Shown here: positions 26,613-32,666 of the stretch, in pieces
Numbering within the stretch: the first letter of the stretch is position 1
Layout: every line of letters starts with the position of its first letter
Assembly (NCBI GenBank): GCA_031409335.1
Contig: JANNWY010000114.1
Location: 1-32,666 of the forward strand
DNA: 32,666 nucleotides
DNA from: Chthoniobacteraceae bacterium
GTDB lineage: Bacteria > Verrucomicrobiota > Verrucomicrobiia > Chthoniobacterales > Chthoniobacteraceae
Direction: 5' to 3'
Notes under the pieces: generated by a model
Told to the model about the DNA's origin: nothing
The model's database searches: none
The model's input: the letters and a program-made list of their open reading frames with translations, nothing else
Position numbers and translations under genes: made by a program

Positions 26613-29600
26613 TCCTCCTCACCGCCCGCGTTTTCGCCGTCACCGAGACTTGGGACGGCGGCGGGCTCTCGGACAATTTGAGCCTTGGCCCCAACTGGGT
26701 CGATAACACCGCGCCGGTCAGCGACATCGCGAATACGGACCTGATCTTCGCGGGCTTGGTGCGGCTCACGCCTTCGGTCACGGCGGCGCTAAGCGTGCGG
26801 AGTATCACTTTCAACAACACGGCGGGCGCGTTTGTGATCGGGGGGAGCCAGCCGCTGACGATCGGGACAAGCGGGATCAAGAATAATGACACTCAGACGA
26901 TGACGTTTAACAATCTCGTGTTCTTCGGCGGTGCGACGGGGCTGGTGGATGCGGCGGTCGGCGGGCTGACTTTTGGGAACACGGTTTCCTCGACGGGGGT
27001 GCTGACGGTGACGGGCTCGGGGGCGACGAACTTCGAGAATATTTCCACCAACGTCAGTCTGCTCAAATCGGGCACGGGCACGATGACTTGGACGCCGAAT
27101 GTGATCACCGCTTTCGACATCACGATGACCGCGGGCACGCTGACGACGGGCGCGGATGGTTTGGTGGACGTCTTTTCCGACACGGCATCGGTCGTCTTGA
27201 ACGGGACGAGTGTTTTCAACATCAACGAGAGCCTGACCCTGGATGGCGCGCGGATCGTGCGGCTGACGAGTGCGGACGTGAATATCGCGGCGGGGAAAAC
27301 GCTGCGGATTCAGAATGGCGGGGAGTTCGACATCACGGGGACGTTTTTGCACAACACGGCTTCGACGATCGCGGTGACGGGCGCGGGGTCGAATCTGACG
27401 ACGACTTCCACGCTCTCGCTCAACAGCGGGAGCACGACGACGATCGCGGCGGGTGCGAGCATCGATACCGGAGTCGGCGAGATCTTCATCGGGACGAATG
27501 GGAATGGGACGGTGACGCTGACGGGCGCGGGTTCGAGCCTGACGGGCGGGAATCTGAACGTCGGGCTGAACGGCGCGGACGGTTCGCTGACGTTCAACGC
27601 GGGGACAACGGGTGCGCTGGGCAATCTGAGCGTGGGCGACTCGGGCGTGGCGGGGTCGAGCGGGGTCGTGAATATCACGAGTGCGGCAGTGACGGCGACC
27701 TCACTGAGCATCGGCAGCGGATCGAACATGACGGCTGGCACGGTGACGGTGACGGGCGCGGGTTCGACTTTCGCGCTGACCGGCGCGGCGACGGCGGAAA
27801 TCGGCGCGACGACCACCAATCTGAGCACGCTGAATGTGAACAGCGGCGGCGTTTTCACCAGCGGCACGGGGCTGACGACGGTGAATCCGACCGGGAGGAT
27901 TGCGGTTGGCGGCGGCACCTACAATTCGCTCGGCAATATGACGGTGATCGGCGTTGTGACGCGCACCGCCGCTGGCGTGCTCACGCTCGGGGCGGGGACG
28001 ACGCTGACGGTGCAGGAGGGCGGCGATGTGCAGATCACGGGCTCGTTCCTGCATAACACGGCTTCGACGATCACGGTGACGGGCACGGGCTCGCTCTTTT
28101 CCACGACCTCGACGCTGAACGTGGATGGCGGCGCGGCGTTCAATGTGCTGGCCGGCGGCGATCTTTTCCTGGGTGCGGCGCCGCAGTTGCGCGTCGGCAC
28201 TTCCGGGCTCAGCGGCACGATGACGGTGGATGGCGCGGGATCGACGGTGACGGCGGGTTTGACGTCCGTCGGGCTGAGCGGAAGCGCGGGCACGCTGACC
28301 TTTAGCAACGGGGGCACAGGCTCGCTGGGCGCGATCGACGTGGATAATTCCGGCGTGGCCGGGACGAGCGGACTTTTGCAAATCCAGAGCGGCGCGAGCG
28401 TGACGGGCACGGCGCTGGTGATCGCGGATAATTCCGTGGCGAACACGGGCACGGTGACGATCACCGGTTTCGGTTCGGCCCTGACGCTGAGCGGCGCGGC
28501 GACGGCGACGATCGGCGCGGCGAGCGCGAGCACGGCGACTTTGAATGTGAACACGAGCGGCGTTTTCAACAGCGGCACGGGGCTGACGACGGAGAACGCG
28601 ACGGGCACGATTGCGATCAATGGCGGCATTTTCAATGCGAACGGGAATCTGACGCTGAATGGCGGGCAGCTCACGCGGACGGGTGGGGTGATGACGTTCG
28701 ATCCGGGGATGACCTTCACGGTGCAGGCCGGCGGCGATGCGATTTTTAACGGCGATTTTCCCAACACCGCCGCCCTGACGACGCTCGTGACCGGCGCGGG
28801 CTCGACGCTGACGACGACGACGGTGGCGAGCGAGATGAAAATCGAGGCGGGCGCGACGTTGAGCGTGGCGGCGGGCGGCAGCGTGTCGGGTGCCGGGCAG
28901 TTCAATATCGGCACGCAAGGCGGCAACGGGACGGTGACGGTGGATGGCGCGGGGTCGAGCTTGAGCGCGGCGGGCCCAACCTTTCTCGCGTCGAATGGGA
29001 ACACGGCGAACCTGACTTTTACGAATGCGAGCAGCGGTGCCTTCGCGCAGATGAGTGTCGGCGCGACGAGCTTTGCGGGCTCGACCGGCGTGCTGAGCGT
29101 TGAGACCGGTGCAGATGTGACGGCGGCCGGGCTGAATATCGGCACGGGCTCGAACGCGACGACCGGCACGGTGACGGTGACGGGCACGGGCTCGACGTTC
29201 GCGCTGACGGGCGCGGCGACGATGACGATCGGCGCGACGACGCCGAACGCGGATTTGAATGTGAACAGCGGCGGCCTTTTCGAGAGCGGCACGGGCGCGT
29301 CGGTGGTGAATGCAAGCGGGACGATCGCGATCGGCGGCGGCACTTTCCATTCGCGCGGCAGCCTCACCCTCGCGGGCGGGCAGCTCACGCGCACGGCGAC
29401 GGGCGCGCTGAATCTCGATCCGGGCACGGTGTTCACGGTGCAGGGCGGCGGCGATGCGATCATCACTGGCTCATTCGCGAACACCACGGCCTCGACGATC
29501 AGCGTGACGGGAACGGGCTCGACATTTTCCACGACGAACACGCTGACGCTCAATGGCGGCAGCGTGCTGAATGTGCTCGCCGGCGCGGATGTGGACGCGG

Positions 29601-31225
29601 GCACGGCGCTCATCATCGGCAGCGCGGCGGGCGGCGGGAGCGCGACGGTGGATGGCGCGGGCTCGACGCTCGATGCCCCGACGATCACGCTCGCGACGTC
29701 GGGAAACACGGGCGCGCTGACTTTTTCAAACAACGGCGCGGGCACGTTCGGGACGATCATCCTCGCGCAATCGGCGACTGCGGGGACGGCGGGAACGCTA
29801 ACGATTCAAAGTGGCGCGGATGTCGTGGGCGCGGGGCTGAGTCTCGCCTCGGCTGGTGGCGCGAGCACCACGGCGACGACGACGGTGACGGGCGCGGGCT
29901 CCACGCTGACCCTGAACAGCGTCACCGTCGCGAATGTGATCGGTGCGGCGACCGGGAACGCGGCGACGCTGAATGTGCAAAGCGGCGGCGTGGTGACGAC
30001 GACGAACACCGGCACGACCATCAACGCGACGGGTGTGGTCGCGATCGCGGGCGGCACTTTCACCTCGAACAGCAATCTCGCGATCACCGGCGGACGGCTG
30101 ACGCGCGATTCCACGGGCACGTTCACCCTCGCCGATGGCCGCACGCTGACGCTGCAAAGCGGCGGCGATGTCTTCCTCACCAGCAGCTACATCACGCCGA
30201 ATTCCGCGACGATTTCTGTGAACGGCGCGGGCTCGCTTTTTTCCACGACCGGCACCTTGAACATCGGCGGCGGCACCGCGGTGAATGCGGCGACGGGCGG
30301 CGATATTTCCGCGGCCACGGCGAATGTCGGCAGCTTCGGCGGCAGCGGCACGGCGAGCCTAGATGGCGCGGGCACCACGCTCGACGCGCCGACGCTGACC
30401 GTCGGGCAAAACGGCCACACCGGCACGCTGACTTTCAGCAACGGCGCGGGCGGAACGTTCACGAGCATCTCCGTGGATGTGTCGGGCTTCGCGGGCACGA
30501 GCGGCGCACTGACGATCCAGAGCGGCGCGAGCGTGAGCGGCACGACGCTGAATGTGGCCACCGGCTCGCTCGCGAACACCGGCACCGTGCTTATTACCGG
30601 CGCAGGCTCCGCGCTAACGCTGAGCGGCGCGACGACGATCGGCGCGGCGAGCGGGACGAGCGGCATTTTGAATGTGGCCAGCGGCGGGACGTTCACGACG
30701 GGCACCGGCCTGACGAACGTGCGCGCGACCGGCGATGTGAATGTGAACGCGGGCGGGACGATGATCGTGCGCGGAAATATGACGATCGCGAACGGGCTGG
30801 ATATCGCGAACGGCGGGGTGGTGATCCTCGGTGCACCCGCACCCGCGCCTGCGTTCGAAGCGTTTGATTTTGGGGTTTTGGAAAGTGGTGTCGAAACTGC
30901 GGCGGTGCCCGAGCCGGGAGTCGGCGCGCTGCTGCTGAGCGGGCTGGCGCTGCTCGGGCTGCGGCGCAGCCGCGCGAAAAAACAACGCGCTTCTTCCGGG
31001 CGGCGTTCGGACGCGAGGGGCGCGCAAGGAGCGGCGCACATTCCTGTCGCCGACCCAAATCGCACGCGCGAAGCGCCACATCATTTCCGCTTTCGCGCGT
31101 CGCTCCCGCCGCCTTTCCAAAAGTGGGTGCGCCTCCGGCGCATCGGTGGCGTCGCCGACAGGAATGTCGCCGCTCCTTGGCCCACCGCTCCGTTCACCGC
31201 GTCCGCCGCATCCACGCAACACTGA
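26579..31225 (+). CDS. PEP-CTERM surface protein g6 (1548 aa), five internal ~235-aa modules, tail extended through a REP-like element
   Basis: Signal MKPHILTTTIALLLTARVFA and VPEPGVGALLLSGLALLGLRRSRAKK, followed by about 80 extra residues. Confidence 0.92.
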   Translation: MKPHILTTTIALLLTARVFAVTETWDGGGLSDNLSLGPNWVDNTAPVSDIANTDLIFAGLVRLTPSVTAALSVRSITFNNTAGAFVIGGSQPLTIGTSGIKNNDTQTMTFNNLVFFGGATGLVDAAVGGLTFGNTVSSTGVLTVTGSGATNFENISTNVSLLKSGTGTMTWTPNVITAFDITMTAGTLTTGADGLVDVFSDTASVVLNGTSVFNINESLTLDGARIVRLTSADVNIAAGKTLRIQNGGEFDITGTFLHNTASTIAVTGAGSNLTTTSTLSLNSGSTTTIAAGASIDTGVGEIFIGTNGNGTVTLTGAGSSLTGGNLNVGLNGADGSLTFNAGTTGALGNLSVGDSGVAGSSGVVNITSAAVTATSLSIGSGSNMTAGTVTVTGAGSTFALTGAATAEIGATTTNLSTLNVNSGGVFTSGTGLTTVNPTGRIAVGGGTYNSLGNMTVIGVVTRTAAGVLTLGAGTTLTVQEGGDVQITGSFLHNTASTITVTGTGSLFSTTSTLNVDGGAAFNVLAGGDLFLGAAPQLRVGTSGLSGTMTVDGAGSTVTAGLTSVGLSGSAGTLTFSNGGTGSLGAIDVDNSGVAGTSGLLQIQSGASVTGTALVIADNSVANTGTVTITGFGSALTLSGAATATIGAASASTATLNVNTSGVFNSGTGLTTENATGTIAINGGIFNANGNLTLNGGQLTRTGGVMTFDPGMTFTVQAGGDAIFNGDFPNTAALTTLVTGAGSTLTTTTVASEMKIEAGATLSVAAGGSVSGAGQFNIGTQGGNGTVTVDGAGSSLSAAGPTFLASNGNTANLTFTNASSGAFAQMSVGATSFAGSTGVLSVETGADVTAAGLNIGTGSNATTGTVTVTGTGSTFALTGAATMTIGATTPNADLNVNSGGLFESGTGASVVNASGTIAIGGGTFHSRGSLTLAGGQLTRTATGALNLDPGTVFTVQGGGDAIITGSFANTTASTISVTGTGSTFSTTNTLTLNGGSVLNVLAGADVDAGTALIIGSAAGGGSATVDGAGSTLDAPTITLATSGNTGALTFSNNGAGTFGTIILAQSATAGTAGTLTIQSGADVVGAGLSLASAGGASTTATTTVTGAGSTLTLNSVTVANVIGAATGNAATLNVQSGGVVTTTNTGTTINATGVVAIAGGTFTSNSNLAITGGRLTRDSTGTFTLADGRTLTLQSGGDVFLTSSYITPNSATISVNGAGSLFSTTGTLNIGGGTAVNAATGGDISAATANVGSFGGSGTASLDGAGTTLDAPTLTVGQNGHTGTLTFSNGAGGTFTSISVDVSGFAGTSGALTIQSGASVSGTTLNVATGSLANTGTVLITGAGSALTLSGATTIGAASGTSGILNVASGGTFTTGTGLTNVRATGDVNVNAGGTMIVRGNMTIANGLDIANGGVVILGAPAPAPAFEAFDFGVLESGVETAAVPEPGVGALLLSGLALLGLRRSRAKKQRASSGRRSDARGAQGAAHIPVADPNRTREAPHHFRFRASLPPPFQKWVRLRRIGGVADRNVAAPWPTAPFTASAASTQH
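31025..31179. repeat. REP-like inverted repeat pair (GGAGCGGCG..ACATTCCTGTCGCC type)
   Basis: CAAGGAGCGGCGCACATTCCTGTCGCCGAC (31025-31054) versus GTCGCCGACAGGAATGTCGCCGCTCCTTG (31151-31179). Confidence 0.85.
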
Positions 31226-31238
31226 ACCCACCACTTTT

Positions 31239-32666
31239 ATGAACCCACGCATCCTCACCACCAGCATCCTCGCCACGCTCGCCCTCACTTTCACCGCCCG
31301 CGCGCAGACGTGGGATGGCGGCGGGGCGGACAACAACTTCAACACTGCGCTCAATTGGAACGCCAACCTCGTGCCCGTGAACAACGGCACGGCGAATCTC
31401 ATCTTCGCCGGGGCGGTGGATCCATTGCCGGTGGTGAATGTGAACTTCGATGTGAACGGCGTGACGTTTAACAACACGGCCGCGGTCTTCACCATCAGCG
31501 CGAGCGGTGGCGCGGCGCTGACGGTGCGCAGCGGCGGCATCACGAACAACGATGTGGACACCCAGAACTTCAGCACGCCGGTCACGTTCGCCACGGGCAG
31601 CGCCCTCACCGCGACCAGCGGGAATCTGAACTTCACCGGCGCAGCCGGACTCGGCGCGAATACCGTCACGGTCAGTGGCGGCTTCGATACGGACCTCGAT
31701 GCGATCACGGGCACCGGCGTGCTGGTCAAAAACGGCGCGGGCTCGCTGAACATTTCCCCTTCCGGCAACCAGACGTATGGCCTGACGCTCAACGCCGGGA
31801 CGGTCAATTATGCCGCCAGCACCACCTTCTTCGGGGCCACCGCGGCGATCTCCGTCGCGAGTGGCACGCTGGCGATGGCCTCGAATGTCACGCTGAGTGC
31901 GGGCGCGACGCTCAATGTGACCACGGCGACGGATTTTGACATGGTGGCGGATCGCACGCTGACCGTGCAAAGCGCCAGTTCCGCGACCTTCGGCGGAAAT
32001 CTGTCCAACTCCGGGGTGATCTTCCGCGTGACCGGCACGGGCTCGACGATGAACTCCGGCGGCTTGGTGCTGCGCGATGGGGCGGCGCTCGAAGTCCTCA
32101 GCGGTGCGGGCTCCACGACGACCGGCTTATCGCAGGTCGGTGCTTTCGGAACGGTGGGCTCGATCCTGGTCGATGGCCTCACTTCGAGCTTCACGGCGAC
32201 TTCGACCTTCACCGTGGGAACTTCCGCGGGGTCGAGCGGGAGTCTTACCTTCAACAACGGCGCGACGGGTTCATTCCCCTCCATCTCGGTGACTTTGGGT
32301 TCGTCTGGCGCGACAAATGGATCGCTGACCGTGCGCGGCGGCGCGCAGGTTTCCACTGGCACGGTGGAAGTGGCGCATTTGACCACGAGCGGGACGGCGA
32401 ATGTCCTCGTGAGCGGTCCCGGATCGTCGCTCACCGCCACGTTCAATATTGCCGATTTCAGCATCGGCGCGACGAGCGGCAGCACGGGCACGGTGACGGT
32501 GGAAGACGGTGGCCTGCTCAGTCTCAACGGACCGCTGACGATCAACGAAACGGGCACGCTCAATATCAACGGCGGCATCGTCACAATGGCTTCGAGCGAG
32601 ACGTTCACCAATCACGGCACGCTGAATTTCACGGCGGGCCGCTTCACGCTCGGCGAAGATCTGGGC
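31239..32666 (+). CDS. Seventh array paralog g7, 3' end outside the window (probable PEP-CTERM protein)
   Basis: ATG at 31239 gives MNPRILTTSILATLALTFTARAQTWDGGGADNNFNTALNW. The frame appears open to the window end, so the ORF track does not list it; the anchor itself is not visible. Confidence 0.88.
   Translation, partial: MNPRILTTSILATLALTFTARAQTWDGGGADNNFNTALNWNANLVPVNNGTANLIFAGAVDPLPVVNVNFDVNGVTFNNTAAVFTISASGGAALTVRSGGITNNDVDTQNFSTPVTFATGSALTATSGNLNFTGAAGLGANTVTVSGGFDTDLDAITGTGVLVKNGAGSLNISPSGNQTYGLTLNAGTVNYAASTTFFGATAAISVASGTLAMASNVTLSAGATLNVTTATDFDMVADRTLTVQSASSATFGGNLSNSGVIFRVTGTGSTMNSGGLVLRDGAALEVLSGAGSTTTGLSQVGAFGTVGSILVDGLTSSFTATSTFTVGTSAGSSGSLTFNNGATGSFPSISVTLGSSGATNGSLTVRGGAQVSTGTVEVAHLTTSGTANVLVSGPGSSLTATFNIADFSIGATSGSTGTVTVEDGGLLSLNGPLTINETGTLNINGGIVTMASSETFTNHGTLNFTAGRFTLGEDLG

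Noticed and set aside
7377..31225. Classical type V autotransporters
   Set aside because: Passenger-like repeats are present, but no C-terminal beta-barrel; the complete genes end in VPEP-TM-Arg anchors.
5100..32666. Many long antisense and alternate-frame ORFs (e.g. 14473-16878 minus, 24507-26417 plus, 27919-29760 minus)
   Set aside because: Shadow ORFs of GC-rich, Gly/Thr/Ala-rich genes, with Arg/Pro/Val-biased translations and no motifs.
7377..32666. Shufflon or invertible cassette system driven by the nearby recombinases
   Set aside because: All genes are co-oriented with their own starts, no inverted crossover sites flank cassettes, and the recombinases lie on the other side of the tRNA within the island.
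1..32666. CRISPR array
   Set aside because: No regularly spaced short direct repeats with unique spacers and no cas genes.

Overview
GC-rich bacterial window; the PEP-CTERM array and the C-rich starts without Shine-Dalgarno (SD) sites suggest Verrucomicrobia (inference). Left part (1-4641): the end of a genomic island integrated at the 3' end of a tRNA-Leu(TAG) gene. It carries a tyrosine integrase, an XRE regulator, two hypothetical genes, a serine resolvase with candidate res sites and a nonsense-interrupted IS630-family transposase end. Right part (5133-32666): a co-oriented tandem array of large PEP-CTERM-type surface protein genes, comprising one truncated, frameshifted copy, one orphan PEP-CTERM remnant, six intact genes and a seventh running off the window. 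The paralogs share a near-identical signal-peptide DNA sequence. They look like combinatorial mosaics of three N-caps, two long repeat modules in variable copy number and three C-caps. Four different palindromic REP-like elements sit at gene junctions, wholly or partly within the coding tails after the PEP-CTERM anchor. No exosortase, autotransporter beta-barrel, CRISPR array or reverse transcriptase is visible.
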